Made by a program: the position numbers and the translations under genes. Under the pieces are notes generated by a model, which did not search any database, was not told the origin of the DNA, and saw only the letters and a list, made by a program, of their open reading frames with translations. 64,000 nucleotides of DNA from a virus (taxonomy: Duplodnaviria; Caudoviricetes), in IMG/VR virus record IMGVR_UViG_2864522212_000004, positions 32,001 through 96,000 of that record. The stretch is one strand, 5' to 3'. Every line of letters begins with the position of its first letter. Position 1 is the first letter of the stretch. Positions 28,420 through 37,440 of this stretch are shown piece after piece.

Positions 28420-28689
28420 CTACCTTTCCCCGCAATCCCAACGGTCGTAGCATGCGGGGCATTCGTATTGCGCGTATTCGGGATTCCACTTGGCGTGCTC
28501 ACGGCATACCAGACGCCAGCAGGCCTCACATATCTCGCCGCAGTTCGTGCAGTTGACGCGCCCGCAACAGGGGCATTTCCTCGCATGCTCCTCACATAAC
28601 GGTATGCCGCAACCGCCGCAGTGGTCAGCCACGTCATCCGGCTCGTACGGGCCGTGGATTGAATCTTCGCAGGTTTCGTTCGCGTTCAT
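28420..28689 (-). CDS. Cys-rich Zn-finger protein
   Basis: Multiple CxxC/CxxH pairs. Confidence 0.7.
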   Translation of the reverse strand: MNANETCEDSIHGPYEPDDVADHCGGCGIPLCEEHARKCPCCGRVNCTNCGEICEACWRLVCREHAKWNPEYAQYECPACYDRWDCGER

Positions 28690-28701
28690 GATGGTTCCTT
28701 T

Positions 28702-29040
28702 TCATTCCTTGCCTAACAGGTCAAGTCCGGCGCATACCGTCTCCCATACGGTCTTGTCGTCGAATGCGATGAGCATGCCGGATATGCTGTATTCGCTCGC
28801 ATGAGGCAACGCGTCGCCGCAATCCACGGCCGCACGCCAGGTGCCGTCGAACATGCCGTAGTCGTCCAGATCGCCCGCATACGACACGTCCGACGGCTTC
28901 GCATGGCCGAGCCGTCGGAATTCCTCGTCGGTAAGAAAGCGCCATTCGCGCGTATCGCGCACGCGCAGGTCGTCTCGGTTGGTTTGCAGTGTAGCGAGTA
29001 TCGCCTTGCGGGCGGTCGTGTGGAAAGATGCTGTTTTCAT
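28702..29040 (-). CDS. Hypothetical protein
   Basis: RBS, coupling. Confidence 0.7.
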   Translation of the reverse strand: MKTASFHTTARKAILATLQTNRDDLRVRDTREWRFLTDEEFRRLGHAKPSDVSYAGDLDDYGMFDGTWRAAVDCGDALPHASEYSISGMLIAFDDKTVWETVCAGLDLLGKE

Positions 29041-29663
29041 GATGATCGTCTCCTTTTCGTCCGTTCTACGTGCGACGCGAATTCCAATGCCTTCTCGCCC
29101 TTGTCGGTCAGCGCGTCGAACACTTGGTCGATGTAGTATCTGCGTTCCAGCACGCCCAGCTCCCGTAGTCGTTGCGATTCCTCCGCCGGTTTGACCACGC
29201 CATACGGTTTAAGGTCTTTCAGGATTGCGATGTCCCGCCCGTCCAGCAGCGGCGGGTCGTCGGGTTCCAGCAACGCTTTCAGACGGTTGGCCTTGTCTTC
29301 CATGTCGGATACGGCGACGGACAGCGAATCAGGCATTGGCGTATCCGTACCGTCGCACAGGCTCGCCCACTTTTTGCGCTTGTCTTTCGCCTTGTCGAGG
29401 TATTTGTTCGCTGTGAGGGTGATTATCCGCACGCGGAATTCGTCGAAGTCGCAGACTCCTTTATGATGGTCGTAATCCCGCCAGACGAAGGTGCCGTTCG
29501 GACGAATCGAGCATTCAAGGAACACGTACACCTTGTTAGGGTTGCGGATGTCCGCTACGTAGTCGGAGTATTCCGATTCGACCAGAGCGAACTCCACGCC
29601 TTCCTTGCCCAGCCTGTCCAATAGGTCGCGGATGGATTGCAGCGTCTTCTCGATTTTCAGCAT
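29037..29663 (-). CDS. Hypothetical protein
   Basis: RBS, coupling. Confidence 0.7.
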   Translation of the reverse strand: MLKIEKTLQSIRDLLDRLGKEGVEFALVESEYSDYVADIRNPNKVYVFLECSIRPNGTFVWRDYDHHKGVCDFDEFRVRIITLTANKYLDKAKDKRKKWASLCDGTDTPMPDSLSVAVSDMEDKANRLKALLEPDDPPLLDGRDIAILKDLKPYGVVKPAEESQRLRELGVLERRYYIDQVFDALTDKGEKALEFASHVERTKRRRSS

Positions 29664-29666
29664 TGT

Positions 29667-30206
29667 TCAGTCCTTGTCCAGTCGGTGCACGTTGGACAGC
29701 ATGTGCGATGCGGCCTGACGGCGCGTCTCATACGGGGTGCCGAGTTCCTCGCCCAGCAGCCACCCCTCGAACACGGACACCGGGTCGTGTCCGGAGTATT
29801 TGTTGCAGGATTCGCACACATGCATGTAGTGTTCGGCCATGTCTTCCACATCCTTCGCCTCCTGTTCGTCGCCAAGCGTGTTCCGGCACCATTCGGCGGT
29901 CCTGTCGAACTTGTCTTTCAACCGCATGAGCCGGTCGGTGCGCGACATGGGCGAGGACAGCAGTCGGGCCAGTTCGTCCAATGCCTGCTCCTCGCCCATG
30001 TCGGCTGTATCGAGGACGGTGTTATCCTCGACAAGCTCGTACTGCGTGCGGACGATGCGGATGGTGTCGCTGTCGGGAAGGTTGACGGTAATCTCGTATC
30101 CCGCTTGGGGGTCGCACGCGGTGATGCGTCCGAACTGGTGGTCGTTGTACACATGCCAGCCCGTCAGTGTGCGGGTGACGGTGATGAGGATGTCGCGTGT
30201 TTTCAT
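29667..30206 (-). CDS. Hypothetical protein
   Basis: ORF track; ATG 30206. Confidence 0.65.
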   Translation of the reverse strand: MKTRDILITVTRTLTGWHVYNDHQFGRITACDPQAGYEITVNLPDSDTIRIVRTQYELVEDNTVLDTADMGEEQALDELARLLSSPMSRTDRLMRLKDKFDRTAEWCRNTLGDEQEAKDVEDMAEHYMHVCESCNKYSGHDPVSVFEGWLLGEELGTPYETRRQAASHMLSNVHRLDKD

Positions 30207-30306
30207 TTTGTCAGTTCCATTCCTTCGGCGCGACGACAATCCAGCCGTTCCGCTTGAAAGCGTCGAGTACATCTTCCGTGACCTGTTCCATAGTGTCCGT
30301 CATGAG

Positions 30307-30498
30307 TCAGTCCTCCACATTTTCGGTCTTGATGACCTGTGCGTCACTGTCGCTGAGTTCGACCTGTTCGCCTAGACGGTATTCGTCGGCGTTGTTGAGG
30401 AGTTCGTTGATGGCATCCTGTTCGGTGGAGTCGTCGTCGAGTTCGACGGTGAAGGTGCCTGAGTAGGTTTCCTCATAGTTGATGGCGTAGCGCTTCAT
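30307..30498 (-). CDS. Small very acidic protein (DpnD/PcfM-like pattern)
   Basis: MKRYAINYEETYSGTFTVE...EQDAI; first gene after motif copy 5. Confidence 0.65.
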   Translation of the reverse strand: MKRYAINYEETYSGTFTVELDDDSTEQDAINELLNNADEYRLGEQVELSDSDAQVIKTENVED

Positions 30499-30516
30499 GG
30501 TTTCCTCTTTCGTTTT

Positions 30517-30540
30517 TATGTGGACATATTCAGTATAACA
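30517..30540 (-). promoter_or_regulatory. Conserved promoter/operator motif copy 5
   Basis: Exact match; heads the ~5-kb operon 25407-30498. Confidence 0.8.
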
Positions 30541-30611
30541 GACAAATAGGATAAGACAAAACCCGCCTCCCCAAAAAAAAGGAAACGGGTCGGCGAATAT
30601 CAAAAAAACTA

Positions 30612-30912
30612 GGGGTGTGTTTACCCTATTTAAGTTTTGCGTGATGATTGTCGTATGCGTACGCCGAGGTATGACATCACGCCTGACCGGTTCATGAGGG
30701 TCGCGCATCCGTTGCCGCGATAGCACGGCAACGTGGCGGTCGACAACCACACGTTCGTCAACGCCCTGCCGTGGATGTGCCGCACGGGAGCCCGTGGAGG
30801 GACCTGCCGGAGTGCTGCGGCAAGTGGGTCACCGTCTGCCAACTGTTCAACCGCTGGTCCAGGAACGGCGCGACAGGGCGCCTGTTCGCGGCATTGCAGG
30901 AGAAGCGGATCA
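30612..30912 (+). pseudogene. IS5-family transposase remnant (left end + N-terminus)
   Basis: RYDIT...VDN..F.NAL.W..RTGA/PWRDLPE..GKW.TV...FNRWS..G with a TAG stop and a frameshift; CTAG then GGGTGTGTTTAC end. Confidence 0.8.
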
Positions 30913-31593
30913 ACGGGGCGGAATCTCAGCCACACCAGACTTTCTGTTTTCTTTTTCCTGCTTTCGTGCCTTGTCCCATGCGGCTCGGTTCCATGGGAGT
31001 ACCGGCTTCTTCGGCGGCTCCCCGTATTCCGGTAGGATGAACGTGTAGCCTGTCTCGCTGGTGGATGCTGTAAGCCGCGTTATGGGAGCGCTCCACCGTC
31101 CGGAAGCGTGTGCGTTGAGTTCCGCGCGCTGCCGTTCGAGCCGTTGGCCTGTTTCCTCCAGCTCGTTGATGTCAGGGTTTGAGGTGGGTGGGATGATTCG
31201 TTTGATGGTGACGTTGCCGGACTGGTATTCGACGGTCTGGTAGTCGTATAGGCCGAAATCTTTTTCGAATCCCGAACTGTGCGTGACCGTCAGGGTGCTG
31301 TTGTCGGGGCCTGTGAAACGGCGTGTGTCCTCATGGTAGCTGCCATATCCGTCGGCGTTGCCGTCATGTTTTGTTCCGGCTTCCGTCCATCCGTCCGGCA
31401 GCGTGATTGGTGGTGGGGTGATTTTGCCGTGCTTTTGCAGGCGCTGGAGTACTGGGATCTGCGAGGTCTGTTGCTCGTATGCGCTTAGTGTTGCCGCGTC
31501 GGGGAAGCCGAAGCTGTTGAGTTCGTCTGCGAATCGTCCGTCTGGGGTGCGTCTCCGGCGTTTCGCTTGTGCTGTTCGGCTGGATGTCGTCAA
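30910..31593 (-). CDS. Hypothetical protein with shared basic N-terminal leader
   Basis: RTAQAKRRRRTPDGRFADE. Confidence 0.75.
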   Translation of the reverse strand: MTTSSRTAQAKRRRRTPDGRFADELNSFGFPDAATLSAYEQQTSQIPVLQRLQKHGKITPPPITLPDGWTEAGTKHDGNADGYGSYHEDTRRFTGPDNSTLTVTHSSGFEKDFGLYDYQTVEYQSGNVTIKRIIPPTSNPDINELEETGQRLERQRAELNAHASGRWSAPITRLTASTSETGYTFILPEYGEPPKKPVLPWNRAAWDKARKQEKENRKSGVAEIPPR

Positions 31594-31680
31594 TGTTTTG
31601 GTGTTCTTTCGACGAGTGTTGTTTGTCTTTGATTCTAATCGCGCCTTGAAAAAAAAGGAAGCAGGCCGGACGAAAGCAAA

Positions 31681-32445
31681 TCAGCCAAGAAGAGGCACTG
31701 GATAGAATCCGCTCTCCGAATACATGAGCAGAGACCCGTCGCCGATGGGAGTACCGTTGCTCATCGTGGAGAAAGTGTCGCAGAACCACGCATCATGCTC
31801 AAGCAATACAGTCGGAACAGGCGTATGCCCGACCACCTGAGTCAGGTGCATGTCCCCGTCTTCGGCGAACTCGCCGCGATCGCACCATAGGGGAGAAGGC
31901 GTTCCTGCGCCGCCGCGCGCCGGGCCGATGTCCGTCATGGGCACGACCAGTGAGGCCGGATGGAGGAGCATTCGGTTCAAGCGATCCGCGACTTCCTCGA
32001 CCGGCATGTCCATGTAATCGGCGCCCAGCCGCCGTCGCCCCCATGCACGGGTGAGCCCGGCGTGCGTGGCCAGAATGTTCCCATCCGACCAAGCCAGTTG
32101 GAATGGGATATTTTGCATCAGCTCATGCACCTTGCGATGGGCGCCGGGTTTGAAGCCGGGCGCCAGTGCGCGCACTCGCGCATAGGAGGAGGAGCCTTGC
32201 TTCAGGAAGTACGGCACATCGTGGTTGCCGAGCAGTGGAATCACCTCACGTTCCCCGGCTTCGCGCCGATACCATGAGGTGAACGTCTCGAAGAACCGGA
32301 TCAGTCCATTGTTGGACACGTTCCAGTCGTCGCATACATCGCCCAACAGGACCATACGGTCAGTGTTCTCGCGTTGCGCCACCCGGCTGATCAAAGGTAG
32401 CAGGTCGGCTTTTGCATGCAGGTCGCCGACGAACAATGTACGCAT
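31681..32445 (-). CDS. Calcineurin-like metallophosphoesterase
   Basis: GDLH, GDVCD, GNHD, HAG, GHT motifs; AGGGAG RBS. Confidence 0.92.
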   Translation of the reverse strand: MRTLFVGDLHAKADLLPLISRVAQRENTDRMVLLGDVCDDWNVSNNGLIRFFETFTSWYRREAGEREVIPLLGNHDVPYFLKQGSSSYARVRALAPGFKPGAHRKVHELMQNIPFQLAWSDGNILATHAGLTRAWGRRRLGADYMDMPVEEVADRLNRMLLHPASLVVPMTDIGPARGGAGTPSPLWCDRGEFAEDGDMHLTQVVGHTPVPTVLLEHDAWFCDTFSTMSNGTPIGDGSLLMYSESGFYPVPLLG

Positions 32446-32623
32446 CAAATTGTCTCCCTTAGGGTGGGCAGGATGCCCATGTCCGGTGTGGTCAATGCGA
32501 TTCGACCCTTGTTGACTATGAGAATGGCGGTGTGGATGCGACTCTCCCTGCCGTCCGTATACCAGGCGACATACTGTCCGCCTTCGGTGATGACCCGGAC
32601 TGGCTGGTTCATGTCGTCCGCAT

Positions 32624-33106
32624 TCAGGAGACGGACGACCGCACACCGTAACCATGTTCGATGGTTCGACGAACGGTTTCCATGGGAGTCCAGTCGTAGG
32701 TCGCAAGCCGCCAGCCGACGAATGCGATCAGGGCGAGCAGGCAGATGACCGCCAATGCGGTTTGCCTTGCCAGCAGGGATACGATGACCAGGATGAGCAG
32801 TCCGGCGGCTTGCAGTAGCTGGGGGAGTGCCGCATGGGCCAGCTCCTGCCATGTGGGTTTCGGAATGATGCAGAACGGCCTTCCGGCATGAGGCTGCCAG
32901 GTCTCTTCGGCCTGCTGTGATGGGGTTTCTGCAACGGTTTTCGTGTCCTCATCCGTTTTTCTCGGTGCCGGTGATGTGCGGTGGCGTTTCCCTGCTGGTT
33001 TCACCGAGGGTGGTTGCTGGTTGAAGTCTTCGGTCTTCGCGTTCGGGCCGGCATGCGGGTTTGATTCCGCGAGCCTACGTTCCATTTCGTTGATGGCCTC
33101 TGCCAT
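32624..33106 (-). CDS. Membrane protein
   Basis: Two C-terminal TM helices; AAGGAG RBS. Confidence 0.7.
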   Translation of the reverse strand: MAEAINEMERRLAESNPHAGPNAKTEDFNQQPPSVKPAGKRHRTSPAPRKTDEDTKTVAETPSQQAEETWQPHAGRPFCIIPKPTWQELAHAALPQLLQAAGLLILVIVSLLARQTALAVICLLALIAFVGWRLATYDWTPMETVRRTIEHGYGVRSSVS

Positions 33107-33120
33107 GTGCTATCTCTCCT

Positions 33121-34131
33121 TTACCGCTTGTCGCCCGGTGTCGTGTAGTCGTGTTCGCGTACCTGTCGTTCACGGTTGAAACAGTTATGCAGCAGGTTGA
33201 CGGTGCTGAAGTTCGCGGACTCGTCGTCGCGGACTGCTTGCAGGATGCGCTGCCGGTTGTCCCAGATCAGCTTGTCAGCCTGTTTCTCGGTGAGGCCTTC
33301 CAAGTCGCCGTCTTGGTTGAAGTGCACGTACTTGTGCTTGTCGGGGTCCCATCCACCGTACTTGCGGGCCTCTTTGATCTGTTCCTCGCTCATGTCTTCC
33401 AGATGCAGGTCGTGGGGGTTGATGGATGGGGCTATGCGCAGGTCGCCGATCGTGGATTCGCCCTTGTTCTGCTCGTCGTGGTTGATGGTCTGCCATGCGG
33501 CGGCCTTCAACGCGGTCATGTTCTCCTCGTCGGGTTTGAAGAAGATCTGGTCTCGGATGGCGGAATCCATCATGTCGTGGCGTTTCTCCTCCAGTTCAGT
33601 GTCGAGGTCGAAGTCGTCATCCCCGGATTTTTCGGCGAGATCGTCCACGAGGTCGTTGTCGGTGAAGCCCCAGTCGTCGCCGTGGATTTCGGTCAGTTGG
33701 CCGCTGTCTATGCGTTGGCTGAGGTCTTCGGTGGTGATGAAGTCCATCCTGTGGTTCACGTACCCGTCATGGTCGATGGACAGGGTGGTTTCCCCGTCTT
33801 CGTCGCCGTCGCTTTCCATTACGGAGTAGGCGTGCCAGCCGGACGGCACCTTGTTGCGGTCGATTCGCCCATCGTCCAAGGCGTAGCCGTTGATGGTGGA
33901 TCCGTCGGGCATGTCGAATTCGATATGGCGTGCCTCGTAGGGGTCGTCGAATGCGCCGGTGGCTGTGAGCAGCTGGTTGAAGTCAGGCTCCGTGTCGTCG
34001 GTGAGGAGGCTGGCCACCTGTTGGATTTTTGTGTCGGAGGGGAGGCTGTCCTGCTTGTCTTCGTCCGCGAATCGTCCGTCCGAGCTGCGGCGTCGTTGGC
34101 GGGCTTGGGCTGACTTGTTTTGGTTGGTCAT
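33121..34131 (-). CDS. Acidic protein with shared N-terminal leader and LPD28-like domain
   Basis: KSAQARQRRRSSDGRFADE; RIDRNKVPSGWHAYSVMESD...VNHRMDFITTEDL resembles LPD28. Confidence 0.75.
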   Translation of the reverse strand: MTNQNKSAQARQRRRSSDGRFADEDKQDSLPSDTKIQQVASLLTDDTEPDFNQLLTATGAFDDPYEARHIEFDMPDGSTINGYALDDGRIDRNKVPSGWHAYSVMESDGDEDGETTLSIDHDGYVNHRMDFITTEDLSQRIDSGQLTEIHGDDWGFTDNDLVDDLAEKSGDDDFDLDTELEEKRHDMMDSAIRDQIFFKPDEENMTALKAAAWQTINHDEQNKGESTIGDLRIAPSINPHDLHLEDMSEEQIKEARKYGGWDPDKHKYVHFNQDGDLEGLTEKQADKLIWDNRQRILQAVRDDESANFSTVNLLHNCFNRERQVREHDYTTPGDKR

Positions 34132-34145
34132 TGGAACTCTCCTTC

Positions 34146-34169
34146 TATGTGGACATATTCAGTATAACA
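34146..34169 (-). promoter_or_regulatory. Conserved promoter/operator motif copy 6
   Basis: Exact match. Confidence 0.8.
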
Positions 34170-34253
34170 GGCATATTGTCGTTCGGAGACAATTCTAGGG
34201 GTCCGGCCTCCCGTTTTGGCGAGAAGCCGTGATGTCGCGAAATCGGCAATACC

Positions 34254-34277
34254 TGTTATACTGAATTAGTCCACATA
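34254..34277 (+). promoter_or_regulatory. Conserved promoter/operator motif copy 7
   Basis: TGTTATACTGAATTAGTCCACATA, divergent to copy 6. Confidence 0.75.
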
Positions 34278-34339
34278 AAATTTTCGTAGAAGGCACCAAT
34301 CATGCTCGGAAAACATCAAACAACAGGGCAGCGAGCCTG

Positions 34340-34477
34340 ATGGCAATCGACCCAGGAACCACGCTCATCCTCATCACGTGCCTCATCTGCACGATAGTGC
34401 TCGCCTTCGCCGGAAAAGAAACAGGCGACAAGACGGACACCAAACACGACAACGAACAACGAAAGCGCAAACGTTGA
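34340..34477 (+). CDS. 45-aa single-TM peptide with charged tail
   Basis: Hand-translated MAIDPGTTLILITCLICTIVLAFAGKETGDKTDTKHDNEQRKRKR. Confidence 0.5.
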   Translation: MAIDPGTTLILITCLICTIVLAFAGKETGDKTDTKHDNEQRKRKR

Positions 34478-34510
34478 AAAATCACTCGACCGTACGCGGG
34501 ACGCCGGGGA

Positions 34511-34867
34511 ATGGACACTCTCCTATATCGGACAGCCCGGACGCCGGCGGCATGTGAAAGGCGGACGACGATGAGGCACGGCGCATCATCCCGACACATG
34601 GGGGAGCCCCGGCCGGCGGCGGGCGTGGAGCCGGGACTGCTGGCAGCCAGCCTCGCCATGGCGCTCCTGCTCATGGCGTTCGGCGCCCTCGCCACCCTGG
34701 GCGGCGCGCTCCTGCTGCGGCTCCTGTCCGGCATCCGCATCATGACCGCCATCTCGCAGGCCGCCGCCGCCACGTTTTTCATACTGCTCATGCCGGCCGG
34801 CGTCTGCCGGCTCATCGCACGCATACGCGGATGGGATCCGGACCCGGATCCCACGGAAAGGAACTGA
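34511..34867 (+). CDS. Membrane protein (start uncertain)
   Basis: Hydrophobic segments. Confidence 0.5.
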   Translation: MDTLLYRTARTPAACERRTTMRHGASSRHMGEPRPAAGVEPGLLAASLAMALLLMAFGALATLGGALLLRLLSGIRIMTAISQAAAATFFILLMPAGVCRLIARIRGWDPDPDPTERN

Positions 34868-34869
34868 TC

Positions 34870-35211
34870 ATGGCATTCGACTACATGCATCCGCCGGAGG
34901 ATTTCGAATATCTGGGCGAATGGTGCAAAGCGTGGCGGGATCCCGCGACGGGGGATTGGACGATAAGCCAATTGCTCGACGGCCTGGAGACCGAGCAGAT
35001 CATCCTGTCCGGCGAGGAGGTCAGGGAATTGGCCCGGCTCGCCGCCCAACACGATCCGACCGATTACGAGCTGGAGTACGGGGAGCTGCGCCGACCCATG
35101 TTCGGCTCGCCGGACGAGAACGGGACGGCCGTCAACGCCGCGGAGGGCGCGGGCGGCGAACAGGCCCGCATCCATTCGGTCGAAGCCCTGCACCGGTTGG
35201 GGCGGTTCTGA
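34870..35211 (+). CDS. Acidic hypothetical protein
   Basis: AAGGA RBS. Confidence 0.7.
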   Translation: MAFDYMHPPEDFEYLGEWCKAWRDPATGDWTISQLLDGLETEQIILSGEEVRELARLAAQHDPTDYELEYGELRRPMFGSPDENGTAVNAAEGAGGEQARIHSVEALHRLGRF

Positions 35212-35528
35212 TGGACGGGTACTGGTGGGGCGTGCTCACCCCGTTCGCGATCATACTGGGAATCCTGCTCCTGTATCTGACGGGCAATCTGTTCGGTGCA
35301 ATCGTCAGCTGGGCGTGGAAACGGGCGCATTACGGGCTGCTGAAGAAGGGGTGGATCGCCGAGGACTACGACGAGGATTCAAGGGAATGGACCACCCGCA
35401 CCGGCGCGGAACGCCTGGCGGCCGCGTTGACCCGGTCCGGCGAATACCGGATGCTCCCGTGCTTCGGCTGGATGATCTTCATCGTCCGCGACTACAAGAA
35501 TGAGAAACATGATGAGAAAAGGAATTGA
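35211..35528 (+). CDS. Membrane protein
   Basis: TGATG coupling; N-terminal TM. Confidence 0.65.
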   Translation: MDGYWWGVLTPFAIILGILLLYLTGNLFGAIVSWAWKRAHYGLLKKGWIAEDYDEDSREWTTRTGAERLAAALTRSGEYRMLPCFGWMIFIVRDYKNEKHDEKRN

Positions 35529-36270
35529 TCCGCCCCATATCGTCGCGTTGACGATAGTCGTCTGCGCTGCCATCGTCCCCGCGTTCATGCTGTGGGGTCG
35601 GACGATCGGGGAATGGGCTGTCGGAATCGCCGTTTATACGCTGATTGCGGCAGTAGTGCTATCGCTGCTCGTCCTCGATTTTGTTATCGTCAGATATGAT
35701 GTCATGGCATTGCTGATACAAGCTCTGTCCGGTTCGGAAATCGTCGGTTCGGTATCGCGCCTGCTGTTTGTACTGGGCCAGATATGGGTCATCATCCTGC
35801 TCATACGGATTCCCCCATCGTTCTGGGAAAAGCGTTTGGCGGTATTGCCTTTCCAAGCGGATCCGGATAATTCCGCACTCGCGCTCTGCATTGGTTTAGC
35901 CTCAGGCGTTTTTCTTCTTGTCATAGTTGCGCGTTGGATGCCTGAAGACCTTCCGGGGGTCCCGGAATTCTGGAATGCGCAGGTTTGTATGGATTCGATT
36001 TTCGGGGTCGGTCTTCCATGGTCCAAGCCGGTCATATTCACCGTGTCTTCGAAAGGCTACACGATTATACGTCGGAATGGGATGCTGAAGCTGAACGAGC
36101 AGGCCGACGAGTTCTTGGACTATTGCCCAACATGGGTTTCGATTCGCAACGACCATCATCGGGGACTGCTCCTGATCGAACGGTACCACCCGGGCATGCA
36201 GGACATTGTCAACAGGTTGGATCGAGAGGCCGGTATCCGGCATCCGGCGGATAAGGAGACAGAAAATTGA
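35500..36270 (+). CDS. Multi-pass membrane protein
   Basis: About 4-5 hydrophobic segments. Confidence 0.7.
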   Translation: MRNMMRKGIDPPHIVALTIVVCAAIVPAFMLWGRTIGEWAVGIAVYTLIAAVVLSLLVLDFVIVRYDVMALLIQALSGSEIVGSVSRLLFVLGQIWVIILLIRIPPSFWEKRLAVLPFQADPDNSALALCIGLASGVFLLVIVARWMPEDLPGVPEFWNAQVCMDSIFGVGLPWSKPVIFTVSSKGYTIIRRNGMLKLNEQADEFLDYCPTWVSIRNDHHRGLLLIERYHPGMQDIVNRLDREAGIRHPADKETEN

Positions 36271-36509
36271 ACGAGGAGGAATACGAAGAGCTGGCACGCT
36301 GGCTGCCATGCCACCCCGGCCGATGGGTCGCATGGCCGGAACCGTTCGGAACCCGGGCCGAGGCCGACGCGTTGTTCGAATCGTTGCGCGACGGCGGGCT
36401 TGAATCATTCAAGGTCGATTCGGCCGCGCTCCGCTGGCGGATAGACGAGTTCAAATCGATTGTGGACGGGCGCGGGCTTATCTGGATGGAGGTGAGCTGC
36501 GCATGGTGA
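36267..36509 (+). CDS. Small hypothetical protein
   Basis: AAGGAG RBS + TTG. Confidence 0.65.
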   Translation: MNEEEYEELARWLPCHPGRWVAWPEPFGTRAEADALFESLRDGGLESFKVDSAALRWRIDEFKSIVDGRGLIWMEVSCAW

Positions 36510-36796
36510 AAAGCCTCACAATCGGATTGGTCGATGATGGCGTTGCGACATGGAACCCGGTTTCCGATGGGAACCTACTGGTGACGGGTGGCGCGGGATG
36601 CGGCAAGACCTGGTGGCTGACACACACCCTGATACCTGATCTCAACGAAATGGGGCAACGGGTCTATATGTTTGACGGGTATGTGGATCGAGGTTATACC
36701 AAGCCCGTGCAAGGTGTGATTCCGGTGAACGATCCCACGTCCATCTTGGAAGAACCGGATTCCTTTCTGATTATCGACCATGTGAATCCGGGTCTT
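36503..36796 (+). pseudogene. P-loop ATPase-like gene, 5' part, interrupted by IS607 (continues at 38874)
   Basis: NLLVTGGAGCGKT Walker A, FLIID Walker B; NPGL|EDDS rejoins in frame. Confidence 0.8.
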
Positions 36797-36852
36797 ACGA
36801 CTAGTCACTTAAAGTATAGTATTCTGTGGTATTCTGTGTTATACTGGATGTC

Positions 36853-37440
36853 ATGAAACTATCCGAGTATGCGAAGCGTCACGACATCCAGTATCGTGCC
36901 GCGTGGAACCGTTACAAGGCAGGGCGGATTCCGGGCGCATACCAGGATGAGATGGGTGCGATCATCGTGCCCGACGATACGAAGGCCTCGGAGAGGGATG
37001 CCGTCATTTACGCGCGCGTGTCCGACCCGTCGAAACGCAAGACCCAATTGCCTGCCCAGCAGAAGCGCATGGAGGATTGGGCTGTCGCCAACGGGTACCG
37101 GGTCGTGGCCTCCGTGGCTGAGGTCGGGTCCGGCGTGAACGACAAGAGGCGCAAGCTAACCGCCCTGTTGAAGCGTGACGACTGGGGAACCCTGATCGTC
37201 GAACACAAGGACCGGCTGACTCGGTTCGGGTTCGAATGGTTCCGCCTGTTCGCCGAACAGACCGGCCGGCGCATCCTCGTGGTCAACGAAGCTGCGGATG
37301 ACCGGACGGACCTGATACAGGACCTCGTATCGATCATCTACTCGTTTTCCGCCCGCCTGTACGGGCGACGTCGTGCGGAGCGGGCCCAACGGATAGTCCG
37401 ACTGTTGGAGGAGGGAGGGTCTGATGGCGAGCAAGACTAG
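36853..37440 (+). CDS. tnpA: IS607 serine recombinase transposase
   Basis: N-terminal MerR-like HTH; YARVS, EVGSG, EHKDRLTRFG. Confidence 0.95.
   Translation: MKLSEYAKRHDIQYRAAWNRYKAGRIPGAYQDEMGAIIVPDDTKASERDAVIYARVSDPSKRKTQLPAQQKRMEDWAVANGYRVVASVAEVGSGVNDKRRKLTALLKRDDWGTLIVEHKDRLTRFGFEWFRLFAEQTGRRILVVNEAADDRTDLIQDLVSIIYSFSARLYGRRRAERAQRIVRLLEEGGSDGEQD

Noticed and set aside
36837-36855. TGTTATACTG upstream of IS607 tnpA as a ninth regulon motif
   Set aside because: Only the extended -10 matches; the TATGT-NN-ACATA operator is absent and the site lies inside the IS.
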